This document shows positions 40,064 to 49,993 of a DNA stretch of 64,000 bases, piece after piece (position 1 is the first letter of the stretch; every line of letters begins with the position of its first letter). The stretch is from Promethearchaeota archaeon (GTDB taxonomy: Archaea > Asgardarchaeota > Lokiarchaeia > Sigyniarchaeales > SOKP01). A model generated the notes under the pieces. The model worked only from the letters and a program-made list of their open reading frames with translations, was not told the DNA's origin and ran no database searches. The stretch is taken from positions 416,001 through 480,000 of the forward strand of contig JAEOUA010000010.1 of the NCBI GenBank assembly GCA_016839555.1, given 5' to 3'. The translations under genes were made by a program, and so were the position numbers.

Positions 40064-42460
40064 TTAGTATTCCGTGCGTGCGATAATCTCATCTTGGGCA
40101 GCTTTACTCAACTCAGTAAAATAAACTGTGTATCCGGCTATTCTCACGACTAATCCCTGATAATTATCGGGATTTTCTTGGGCATCACAGAGAATTTTTT
40201 TTCCAACCACATTAAATTGAACTTGATATCCTCCTTTTGGTTCAAAGAAGGTCCTAATAAGGGGTAAGAATATATCCTTCGTCATAGATTTTGGATGGAA
40301 GGCAAGTATTAAGGAATTCCCATTAGTCATCAATTCATTGTCTAGCTTTTTCACCGAATTACATATTGCGGTTGGTCCATTCTTATCTCTTTCATGAGTG
40401 GGGCCCACTCCATTTGATAAGGGATCTCGTGCTTTCCTGCCGTCTGCTGAGGCACCTGTTAATGTTCCAAAAGCTAGATGCAGGGAAGTAGAATAGATGC
40501 CTGGGTTGAATTTACCTCCTCTGAAATTATTATATTTAGCAATTTCTTCACAAAATAATTTGTTGATATCCACAGCAATCTCATCTACATAGTCGTTGTC
40601 GTTTCCGTATTTAGGCACTTTATTAATAAAAATTTCTCTCCAGACGGATCCCTCTTTGCCATTATAACTCCGTCGATAATTTTTCTTAAGCATCTCAACT
40701 AAATCATCAAGCGATAATTGTTGCTCTTCAAATACCATTTTTTTAATAACAGCGAGACTGTCGGCACACGTAGCTAAGCCAATTAATTGAGGTCCTGTAA
40801 AATTATAAATTGCACCTCCACGAGTTACATCAAGGCCTTTCTTTAGACAATCATTTGTGGTAGCCGATAAAAATGGTTGAGGATTCAATTCTGCGATTGC
40901 TTTATCCATAGCATTCATATTAGAAACCATATATTTGATGAAGTGTTTCACTTGATCGGAAAATGTTTCCCAGAGTTGTTGATATGACGTGATGGGCTCT
41001 TTATATTCAAGTCCGTATTTTTTCCTGGTTGCCATATCCACTCCATTGGTTAAAGTCAACTCTAAGCACTTCACTATGTTTAATTGATTAGAATTGGTAG
41101 ACCCAAATGATTTATATGGATGTTGTGGTTCCACACATCCTACAGGAGCGTACTCCCTGGCGTCTTCTAAGGTAAATCCTCGATTCATCAATCCTGATAT
41201 CATAACTTGATCATTAAACAATGCGATGCTTGTTCCCACTTTTAAAGATTCCACTATTTTAATGAGAAATCTTTCGGGAGTTTTATCGGAAATCCGGATT
41301 GAAAAAGATGGTTGGACTGTTTGCACATCTGTATAGGCATCTAATATGAGATAAGATAATTCATTTGTGGCGTCTTTTCCTTCCTTTGTAAGACCACCAA
41401 TTGTTAGGTTTTCTGCAAGTGGAGGTCCTTCTCCGGCATTTACCGCTAATGAAAAAACATAATTATAGATACTTGTTAATTTTATAAAAAAGCATTTTAG
41501 TAGAAAATCTACTTCTTTTTCGTTTAATTTTTCCTCTGCTATATCATTTAAATAATATGCATAAAGATCTTGATCTAACCGCCCGACACTTATCGCAAAT
41601 CCACCATCTTCTAATCCACAAATCAATTGATTGAAATATATGAGTTGGAGGGCTTGTCTGAACGATTCTGGGGGTTTCTCTGAAATATATTGGCAAATAT
41701 CGGCAATCTCTAATAATTCATTTTTTCTCAGATAATTCGTTTCTTTTGATGCCATTTGGGATGCCAATGAAGAAAATCTTTTAATAAAATCTCTAGCAGC
41801 ATTTAAAAGGATAAGCACTGATTCATAAAAGAGAGCTTTGTCAGCATCACCTTTATTATCACTTTCAGTCAATTTTTCTTGAGCTTTTTTTAATAAACCT
41901 TTTATTCCATATTTTAAAAGATTATGATGCCCTGGAAAAAAATGACCTATTCCATTAGTTAATTGAACGTCTACTGTAAATACAATCCTTTCCATAAGAT
42001 CGCGCTCCGTTTCATTCAGATATTTCAAATATCTGCTACGAACCGTATCTTCTTCATTCATCCAATAGGGAATCACCTCATCTTTTAAATATTGTATTTC
42101 TTCTTCTGTAATAAGAATTTTTTGAACGGGGCGATTATTATAAGTGTCAATATCTTGATTTATAGCATCGGTTCGAACTTCGGGGTATAAAGGTGTGCCC
42201 ACTAATTTAGTTGTACGATTTCCTACGATATATTCATCTGGCCATATTTTAATTGTCATATTAGACAAATAATACTCCATCGCTTTTGCAAAACGTATTA
42301 TTGGAGATTCTCCCTTTGTCGTTTTATAAGATTCTGTAAATAATTGTGCCCTTTCGATACAAATTTCGTGTGATGCATTTAAAACTTGATTCTTCATCCT
42401 ATTTATACGATCATCGTAATATGAATCATCAATCTCTTCAATTTGCATTTTTTCTACCAA
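40064..42460 (-). CDS. Glycyl radical enzyme (PFL-like, single-Cys type)
   Basis: GCVEP Cys loop and C-terminal VRIAGY glycyl-radical motif. Confidence 0.92.
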   Translation of the reverse strand: MVEKMQIEEIDDSYYDDRINRMKNQVLNASHEICIERAQLFTESYKTTKGESPIIRFAKAMEYYLSNMTIKIWPDEYIVGNRTTKLVGTPLYPEVRTDAINQDIDTYNNRPVQKILITEEEIQYLKDEVIPYWMNEEDTVRSRYLKYLNETERDLMERIVFTVDVQLTNGIGHFFPGHHNLLKYGIKGLLKKAQEKLTESDNKGDADKALFYESVLILLNAARDFIKRFSSLASQMASKETNYLRKNELLEIADICQYISEKPPESFRQALQLIYFNQLICGLEDGGFAISVGRLDQDLYAYYLNDIAEEKLNEKEVDFLLKCFFIKLTSIYNYVFSLAVNAGEGPPLAENLTIGGLTKEGKDATNELSYLILDAYTDVQTVQPSFSIRISDKTPERFLIKIVESLKVGTSIALFNDQVMISGLMNRGFTLEDAREYAPVGCVEPQHPYKSFGSTNSNQLNIVKCLELTLTNGVDMATRKKYGLEYKEPITSYQQLWETFSDQVKHFIKYMVSNMNAMDKAIAELNPQPFLSATTNDCLKKGLDVTRGGAIYNFTGPQLIGLATCADSLAVIKKMVFEEQQLSLDDLVEMLKKNYRRSYNGKEGSVWREIFINKVPKYGNDNDYVDEIAVDINKLFCEEIAKYNNFRGGKFNPGIYSTSLHLAFGTLTGASADGRKARDPLSNGVGPTHERDKNGPTAICNSVKKLDNELMTNGNSLILAFHPKSMTKDIFLPLIRTFFEPKGGYQVQFNVVGKKILCDAQENPDNYQGLVVRIAGYTVYFTELSKAAQDEIIARTEY

Positions 42461-42656
42461 GAGTTAGTTAATTTTTAATAAAAATAGAAAAGAATTCTAA
42501 TTTATATTATATACATTTTATTATTTCAATATATCTATAAATCTTTAGAAATTTAAGAATAGTTAAAAAAGTATATATATTATAAAAAAATTAAAAAAAA
42601 TGTTAAAAATAGATTATAAAATTATATTAGCTATAAATAAATAAAAAATATTTTTC

Positions 42657-43865
42657 TCACATTCGTGTAATTGGAAAGCCCCGTCTTGCTTGTTGATTGT
42701 GCAAAGTTTTTTTCCTAATTTCTTTATTAATTAACCCTTCAATTTTACAAAGATACTCATATTCATCTTTTAAACATAACGTAATAGCCACACCGTGTTT
42801 ATTCATCCTTGATGTACGTCCAATTCGATGGACATACACTTCTGGGTATTTCGGCAAATCATAATTGAAAATATGAGATATCCCTTCAATATCAAAACCT
42901 CTTGCAGCTACATCAGTTGCTATTAATAAATCAATTTTATTATCCCTGAAATTCTGTAGAATTCTTTCTCTTTGGTGTTGAGATAAATCTCCTGAAAGAT
43001 ACCCTATTCGATATGGCAATTTATCAGATTTAAGCCTATTAAATAACCAATTTCCTGTTTTTTTCGTGTTTATAAAAATTAAAGCACTCTCTGGCCTTTC
43101 TTTTTGAAGGATTTTCCGAAAATAATTATATTTCTGTTTATAGTGATCGATTAGATAATAAAATTGAAGAGTATTCTCAACCGATAAATCATCTTTACTT
43201 AAATTTAGATATTCAAATTTATCATTAGTATATTTTTTAATGATATCTTTGAGTTCATATTCTAATGTTGCGGAAAAAAGTAGAAATTGATAATTACTGT
43301 GAATTTGGTTTAGGATGTACGTAATATCTGGTAAAAAGCCCATATCTAAAAGTCGATCAGCCTCATCTAAAACAAGAAACTTTAATTGATCTAATTTTAA
43401 ATGCCCTCTTTTATAAATATCTATTAATCTTCCTGGAGTGCCGATAATTATATCTAATCCTTTACTTAATTTGCTGACTTGTTTATTAATAGAGACTCCT
43501 CCGTAAATTGGATATGAGCGCACTTTATAATGTCCCAAATCCTTTATAAATCTATGGACTTGTTTGGCTAATTCCCTCACGGGAACAATAATTAGGCATT
43601 CATTTTTAGTATGCTTTAATTTTTCAATAATAGGTATTAAATAAGCATAAGTTTTACCAGTACCAGTTTTTGCTTGAGCCATAATATTCTTCCCTTGTAA
43701 AATTAAAGGAATAGCCTTTATTTGAACTGGTGTGGGTTTTATAATTTCTAAATTTTCTAAAGCTTCAACATTTTTATCGCTAATATTAAAATTGTCAAAA
43801 GTAAATTTTGTCATGTTATTTTCATTTAAAAGTTCTTTTTCTGTTAATTTGGTTAAAATAAGCAA
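42657..43865 (-). CDS. DEAD-box RNA helicase
   Basis: AKTGTGKT, DEAD, SAT, HRIGRTSR; true start probably the downstream Met. Confidence 0.95.
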   Translation of the reverse strand: MLILTKLTEKELLNENNMTKFTFDNFNISDKNVEALENLEIIKPTPVQIKAIPLILQGKNIMAQAKTGTGKTYAYLIPIIEKLKHTKNECLIIVPVRELAKQVHRFIKDLGHYKVRSYPIYGGVSINKQVSKLSKGLDIIIGTPGRLIDIYKRGHLKLDQLKFLVLDEADRLLDMGFLPDITYILNQIHSNYQFLLFSATLEYELKDIIKKYTNDKFEYLNLSKDDLSVENTLQFYYLIDHYKQKYNYFRKILQKERPESALIFINTKKTGNWLFNRLKSDKLPYRIGYLSGDLSQHQRERILQNFRDNKIDLLIATDVAARGFDIEGISHIFNYDLPKYPEVYVHRIGRTSRMNKHGVAITLCLKDEYEYLCKIEGLINKEIRKKTLHNQQARRGFPITRM

Positions 43866-44089
43866 CTTATAAGAAAAAGTAATTTTTTCCTTTTGATTAA
43901 ATTTCTCTCGTCTTTTAATTCTCTTATTTTAACTTTTTATTTTCATATATTTTGTTCTTATTATATAAAAAACTTTAAAACTATTAAATTTTGACAAATT
44001 TTTATTTCATTTGAAATACATCCATATGATGAGAATAAATTAAATTTCTTATATAGTATAATACTTTAAGAGTTGTTAAAGAACCAATT

Positions 44090-45535
44090 ATGAGTGAAAA
44101 TTACCAAAAATGGATTGAAAATAATAGAGATTTTTTAATAGAGATTTCCGATAAAATTTGGGAATTTGCTGAAACAGGATTTCAAGAATTTAAATCATCA
44201 AAGCTCTTGGCAGATACTTTAGAAGATTATGATTTCAAAGTCTTTAGAGGAGTGGCGGAAATGCCCACAGCTTTTTATGCTACGTATGGAAATGGAAAAC
44301 CCGTCATTGCAATATTAGGTGAATATGATGCTCTTCCTGGTTTAAGCCAGGTCGCCGAACCAATAAGAAACCCAATTATACAAGATGCTCCTGGACATGG
44401 ATGCGGACATAATTTATTAGGGGTTGGTTCATTAGGTGCAGTAATAGCTGTAAAACAAGCTTTAGATGATGGCATAGCTAATGGCACAATACGATATTAT
44501 GGATGTCCAGCAGAGGAGATATTTAATGCAAAGGGTTATATGGTAAAACATGGATTATTTGAGGATGTCGATATTTCTCTAACCTGGCACCCCAGCTTTT
44601 TAAACATGATTAATCTAATGTCCACATTGGCAATGAATTCTGTTGTTTTTAGATTCCATGGGCAAACGGCTCATGCTGCTGCTGACCCCCAGAATGGGCG
44701 AAGTGCTTTAGACGCTGTAGAGCTTATGGATATTGGTGCGAATTACTTAAGAGAACATATTATCCCAGATGCACGATTACATTACGTTATCACAAATGGT
44801 GGAAAAGCACCTAATATTGTACCTGATGAGGCTGAAGTATGGTACTTTGTAAGAGCCCCAGAACGTCATCAAGTAGACCATCTTTATGAACGTTTAATAA
44901 AGATTGGAAAAGGAGCGGAATTAATGACCGAGACTCAAATGGAGATTGACTTTCTAAGTGCTAGCTATAATACTAAATTTAATAGTGTAGTACAAGAAGT
45001 GGTTTATTTAAATTTAAAAAAAGTTGGACCTCCTAATTTTAAGAGTAAAGAAAAACAATTTGCAAAAGAACTAAGCAAGACTCTTTCCGAAAATTCTATA
45101 GAGGGATATCTTAGATTTGTTCCTTCTGAATATATGGATTTAGCAAAAGCAGTTTTAAGTCAACCTCTTAATAAAATCATAGTTCCTCCGATAGGAGAGG
45201 GAGCCGTGGAACCAGGTTCGACTGATGTTGCTGATGTATCGTGGGTAACGCCATTAGCAGAATTCAATACAGCATGTGAGGTAATAGGTTCACCGGGCCA
45301 TTCATGGCAGAATGTAGCAACGGGAGGAATGGAAATTGGACATAAAGGGATGCTTGCCGCAGCAAGAGTTTTAGCTTTATCGGCCTTAGATTTTATGAGA
45401 AATCCCGACTTAGTTGAGAAAGCTTGGAGGCAATTTGAAAAAGATCATCAAGACAAAAAATATTCCTTTCCATTTCCGAAAGATCAAAAACCCTTATTTA
45501 ATAAGCTTAAAGAAGTGAATTATATGTTAGAATAA
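44090..45535 (+). CDS. M20 amidohydrolase, p-aminobenzoyl-glutamate hydrolase subunit B-like
   Basis: GEYDALPGL, GHGCGHN, GCPAEE, WHP, GSTDV motifs. Confidence 0.9.
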   Translation: MSENYQKWIENNRDFLIEISDKIWEFAETGFQEFKSSKLLADTLEDYDFKVFRGVAEMPTAFYATYGNGKPVIAILGEYDALPGLSQVAEPIRNPIIQDAPGHGCGHNLLGVGSLGAVIAVKQALDDGIANGTIRYYGCPAEEIFNAKGYMVKHGLFEDVDISLTWHPSFLNMINLMSTLAMNSVVFRFHGQTAHAAADPQNGRSALDAVELMDIGANYLREHIIPDARLHYVITNGGKAPNIVPDEAEVWYFVRAPERHQVDHLYERLIKIGKGAELMTETQMEIDFLSASYNTKFNSVVQEVVYLNLKKVGPPNFKSKEKQFAKELSKTLSENSIEGYLRFVPSEYMDLAKAVLSQPLNKIIVPPIGEGAVEPGSTDVADVSWVTPLAEFNTACEVIGSPGHSWQNVATGGMEIGHKGMLAAARVLALSALDFMRNPDLVEKAWRQFEKDHQDKKYSFPFPKDQKPLFNKLKEVNYMLE

Positions 45536-45688
45536 TCAATACAGTTTAATGTTAAGCGAAATTTATTTAGATAAATTTAGCATAAATTATTTTTAGTCGA
45601 ACTATTCTTTTTCATTTTTAAATTTAATAGAAATCAGAATATTTCTATTTATAATTTTAATATGATATTAATTTAATTTTATTAGATT

Positions 45689-46270
45689 TTAATAAATCTT
45701 TTGAATAATATCCTCTCTAGATCGTTTAGGAACATGCATCATTCCTTTTTCATCTTTCCAATATTTAAAAGAGTCCTTAAAAGGTTCAACTATGGATATT
45801 TCATTGGGAAGTCCTAAGCTTATCACATGAGAGATTTTATAGTGGTTAGGGATTTTAAAGAGCTCTCTTATTTTAATCTTATCAATGGAACCCATCCAAC
45901 AAGCTCCTAAACCAAAGTTAGTGGCCCCTAATAAGATATTTTCAACCGCCGCACCTATATCATATTGAGCATTTTTTTTTATTTTTATATTATTAAGAAC
46001 AATTATATAAGCCTTAGGTCTCTCCCCTTCTTTTGGTGTTCTTTGATCTCTTGGTAAATGTGCTGCCCATTTTAATAAAGGAAATAATTTCTTTCTCATT
46101 TCACTCTTTTGCACTATTATATACTCTAGGCTTTGTATGTTTGCTGCTGCAGGTGCCAGCCTAGCATAGTCTATTAATTTTTTTAATATATCCAGTGAAA
46201 TTGGCTCATTTTTGAATCTACGAATAGTCCTTCTTTCATAAATGATTTTTTCAAACTCGATTTTAATCAC
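45689..46270 (-). CDS. Nitroreductase family protein
   Basis: RRTIRRF, AP.A.N.Q, GLGACWMG. Confidence 0.9.
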   Translation of the reverse strand: MIKIEFEKIIYERRTIRRFKNEPISLDILKKLIDYARLAPAAANIQSLEYIIVQKSEMRKKLFPLLKWAAHLPRDQRTPKEGERPKAYIIVLNNIKIKKNAQYDIGAAVENILLGATNFGLGACWMGSIDKIKIRELFKIPNHYKISHVISLGLPNEISIVEPFKDSFKYWKDEKGMMHVPKRSREDIIQKIY

Positions 46271-46333
46271 TTTTTTTAGTAATATCTAGTATAATTACAT
46301 TTAAAAAATAAGTATTTTTAAAGTTTGGATAAA

Positions 46334-46437
46334 TGGGAAAGGGGGGATATATTCTCTCAGGAATAGGTTTTCAGAGATTTGAACCCCCGATCTCTTGGTT
46401 CCGAACCAAGAATCATACCAAGCTAGACTACCTTCCC
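46334..46437 (-). tRNA. tRNA-Pro(CGG) with T-loop intron
   Basis: Acceptor GGGAAGG/CTTTCCC-A, anticodon arm CTTGG-TTCGGAA-CCAAG, T-stem GGGGG/CCCCC; 74 nt after intron removal; CCA not encoded. Confidence 0.92.
46349..46378 (-). other. 30-nt BHB tRNA intron at position 58/59
   Basis: GGGG-GUUC-AA^A-UCUC...GAGA-GAAU-AU^A-UCCC; removal restores the UUCAAAU T-loop. Confidence 0.88.
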
Positions 46438-46568
46438 AAAAATACTCATGATGTTAAAAAAAAATGATAAATAAAATGTAATAGGAATTATATTGAATAA
46501 AAGTTAAAAAAATGTTAAAAGTTTTTTTTGAAGTGGCTATTAAATTATTTTTAATAAAAGAGATACTT

Positions 46569-46850
46569 TTAATCTTTAATTTTTTCTAATAACGAAATTA
46601 TCCGATAAACGTTTGTTCTAATATGGAAAGGAATATTCGGATCTTGGGAGAGATCATCGACCAAATAAATAATATTACTTGCGATAATCCCTGGGCTCTC
46701 ATCTTCATTGTGAAGTTCATCTATTCCTCTTTGTGCTTTTCTTTTAATGTTTCTTGGAACTGCTCGGTCTTTGATCATCGCATTTAATAATTTCTCAACG
46801 TTTACAAATGTTTTTTCTATTTCTTCCGTAAATCCCTTTTCCCTTGACAT
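46569..46850 (-). CDS. UPF0147 family protein
   Basis: D.AVPRNIKR, DDLSQDPNIPFHIRT motif. Confidence 0.9.
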   Translation of the reverse strand: MSREKGFTEEIEKTFVNVEKLLNAMIKDRAVPRNIKRKAQRGIDELHNEDESPGIIASNIIYLVDDLSQDPNIPFHIRTNVYRIISLLEKIKD

Positions 46851-46992
46851 AGTAATCTCCCTAAAAATAATCTTATTAATACACTATTAAATTAATTAAA
46901 AGTCTGCTTAAGCAAATATTTTATTTTTTAAATTTTTTTTGTTTTTTGGCAATTAAAATACAAAAATACAAGATTTTAAAAAGATTCTGAAA

Positions 46993-49905
46993 TTAAAAGA
47001 TACCAAATTCTCGAATAGTTTTTTTAAGAGAAGGAATGGTCTCCTTATATTGATTCAATTGATTTTTATATTCAGAGAAAATATTCTCAAAATTTGCTGC
47101 ATTCTCATCAATTATTCGGACGAAATTATAGGCAATACTTTGAATACTTTCGAAAATTTTATCATATTGTTTAGCCGATTCTTTTAATTTTGGTGGGGCT
47201 TGTTTACGCTTTTTTCTAATTAAATTTCGGACTCTTCCTCGTGGGATTCTTATTCTTTCAATGAAATCATCACAATCTGCTAAGAAATTATATGCTTGTT
47301 CTTTATTTTGAGCTTGCAGCTTAGTTTCAATAATCTCTGTTCGCCAAGTATTTATTCGTCCTTTCGCATAAGTATCAAAATTTAATGAGATTGAATCAAT
47401 TCCTTCTTGAACAAGAAATCTTAAAAAATCAGGGTAATCGCTGGGTGCTTGTCCACATATTCCAACTTTTTTACCATATTCATGCGCTATTTTTATAAGT
47501 TGAGAAATTGAGCGTTTCAGCGCTTCGCTATTTGCATTATAGCCGAATTGGTCTGCAAGTGGGATAAGTTTTTCATTATCTCTTCCAACCCCATAGGTCA
47601 GTTGAGTTAAATCATTGGACCCTATAGAAAATCCATCAAAATACTCACAAAATAGGTCAGCGCATATTATATTTGAGGGGATCTCTGCCATACAAAATAT
47701 TTTTAATCCATTTTCACCTCTGACTAATCCCTCGGATTTCATTATGTTTATGATTCTTTCAGCTTCTTGGGGAGATCTAGTGAATGGCAGCATTGGAATA
47801 ATATTGTTTAATCCCCACTCTCTTGCCTTTTTAATTGCTTTTAATTCTAAAATAAAGGCATCTTGAAATTCTTCATGAACATATCGAGAACATCCTCGAA
47901 ATCCCATCATTGGATTAGCTTCAGTGCCTTCATATATCCATCCTCCTAGTAGATTTGCATATTCATTAGTTTTAAAATCAGATAATCTTACAATACAGGG
48001 GGCTATTGAGCCATCCGGAAGTTCTTTCCATACTCCTGCGGCAATAGTAGCGATGCCTTCAGCTAATTTTTCTATATAAAATTCTTCTTTGTCATCATAA
48101 TGAAATGTTATTTCTTCTATTTTATTTAAAGTTTCTTTTAACTTCCTAATTTCTTTATTGAAGGGATCATTTGCGTGTAATTCACTTTTTTTTATTCGTT
48201 CAATCTCTTTTCTCCGTTCTAAAAGAATTTCATGTCTTACTAATAATCTATCGTAATTAATTAAAGCACTTGGATGAATTTGTATCTCATCATTTATAAT
48301 AAATTCAAGTCTAGCTAATCCAGTACCATCAGGATATTTTCCAGCAGAAAGAGCTCCTTTTGGAATTCCTAAATTAACTAAAACTTGAGTTTTGGTGCTG
48401 GGAAGTTGAGAAAATTCAATAGTATCAAAATCATATTCCACTTCCTTAGCCCATATTCTCGCTTCTCCTTCGCTACAGTCAATTGTTAGACTTTCTAAAT
48501 TTTGATCGCGCTGTTTCTCTTTAAGTGTTTCCACTATATTATCGGCACCTACAATTCCTGCAATATTTAGTTCTCGGGAAACAATAGCAGCATGACACGT
48601 GGGTCCTCCCCTTTCAGTAATAACTCCACCTAAATTTTGCATATAAGATGTCCAATCGGGATTGGTTTCTTCTGTAACGAGAATGTCTCCATCCTTTAAT
48701 AAATGAGCTTCATTAATTGATTCAATAATTTTTAATTTTCCATACCCAATTCTTCGTCCTATAGCTGTCCCAGTATTTTTTATTAGTAAATTTTTTTGCT
48801 TTAATTCTTCTGGATCTTCTATAAGATAAAATATCTCTTCTTTATCTCCTTTTTGACTATGCACCGTCTCTGGTCTCGCTTGAACAATATATATTTTATC
48901 CCCTGCTAATGCCCATTCGATATCCATCCGTTTTCCATAATGTTCTCTTATTTTTTTAGCATATTCTGCCAATTTTAATACTTGTTCATCATTTAAACAA
49001 AATTCTCTCTCTTTGTTCTCTGGTACAGAAACAGTAATAGTACCTCCTTTTTCTTCATCAAACTTCATCATTTTGAGCTTTTTAGTTAATGTTCTATTGA
49101 TGATTCTCATTTGCCCTGGACTATGCTTGAAAACTATGAATTCATCTCCTTTTTCCACTCCTTGAACTATTAATTCTCCTAAACCCCAAGTACCTCTTAT
49201 TATAATAACATTTGGATTTCCAGAATCCGGATCTTCTGTAAACATTACCCCAGAAGCCTTTACCCCTTCTCTTCCACCTGCCATCTCTTGAACTCCAACA
49301 CTTAATTTCACCGAAAAATGATCAAATCCCGCTCTCTCTCTATAAAGTGTTGCTCGTGTGGTAAAAACGGATGCCATATCTTTTAAAATATAATCCACGA
49401 TTTCCTGTTCTCCACTAATATTAAGGTGAGTATCTTGCTGTCCAGCAAAGGATGCATCTGGCAGATCTTCTGCGGTTGCAGAACTTCTCACAGCAAATGT
49501 AGTATCGTTTCCAATTCGCGATATTATTTTTCTATATGCATCAATTATCTCATCCTTTATTGAATCAGGCATTTTCGCCTGCTCAATGTGGGTTCTAATA
49601 TTAGCACAAATTTTGTCTACAGTGCTAATTGATTTAATATCTTCTTTTTGTATTTCTTCAGAAATATTATCTATTTGGTGTTTTATATATTTTTTTAAAG
49701 TAACTAATTGTCCATTATATAATATATCATTACTGTCCAATATATAATCAAAAGCTTTTGCTGTTACTGCAAAGCCGAGCGGTACTGGAATTCCAAATGA
49801 TAATAACTCGCCTAATGATGCATTTTTTCCCCCAACGATACTCACATCTGAAGATCTCACATCATCGAAGAACTTAATATAATGATAATTATTCCTTGTT
49901 GCCAT
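46993..49905 (-). CDS. ppsA: Phosphoenolpyruvate synthase
   Basis: VGGKNASLGE, AVRSSATAEDLPDASFAGQQDT, TCHAAIVSRE phospho-His, GSNDLTQ. Confidence 0.95.
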   Translation of the reverse strand: MATRNNYHYIKFFDDVRSSDVSIVGGKNASLGELLSFGIPVPLGFAVTAKAFDYILDSNDILYNGQLVTLKKYIKHQIDNISEEIQKEDIKSISTVDKICANIRTHIEQAKMPDSIKDEIIDAYRKIISRIGNDTTFAVRSSATAEDLPDASFAGQQDTHLNISGEQEIVDYILKDMASVFTTRATLYRERAGFDHFSVKLSVGVQEMAGGREGVKASGVMFTEDPDSGNPNVIIIRGTWGLGELIVQGVEKGDEFIVFKHSPGQMRIINRTLTKKLKMMKFDEEKGGTITVSVPENKEREFCLNDEQVLKLAEYAKKIREHYGKRMDIEWALAGDKIYIVQARPETVHSQKGDKEEIFYLIEDPEELKQKNLLIKNTGTAIGRRIGYGKLKIIESINEAHLLKDGDILVTEETNPDWTSYMQNLGGVITERGGPTCHAAIVSRELNIAGIVGADNIVETLKEKQRDQNLESLTIDCSEGEARIWAKEVEYDFDTIEFSQLPSTKTQVLVNLGIPKGALSAGKYPDGTGLARLEFIINDEIQIHPSALINYDRLLVRHEILLERRKEIERIKKSELHANDPFNKEIRKLKETLNKIEEITFHYDDKEEFYIEKLAEGIATIAAGVWKELPDGSIAPCIVRLSDFKTNEYANLLGGWIYEGTEANPMMGFRGCSRYVHEEFQDAFILELKAIKKAREWGLNNIIPMLPFTRSPQEAERIINIMKSEGLVRGENGLKIFCMAEIPSNIICADLFCEYFDGFSIGSNDLTQLTYGVGRDNEKLIPLADQFGYNANSEALKRSISQLIKIAHEYGKKVGICGQAPSDYPDFLRFLVQEGIDSISLNFDTYAKGRINTWRTEIIETKLQAQNKEQAYNFLADCDDFIERIRIPRGRVRNLIRKKRKQAPPKLKESAKQYDKIFESIQSIAYNFVRIIDENAANFENIFSEYKNQLNQYKETIPSLKKTIREFGIF

Positions 49906-49993
49906 CTTTTATCAATCCCTTCTCTAGATACTGATTAACTACTATAGAAATAAAATTAACTTATATACTAATAAATTATGATTAAATAAAAAA

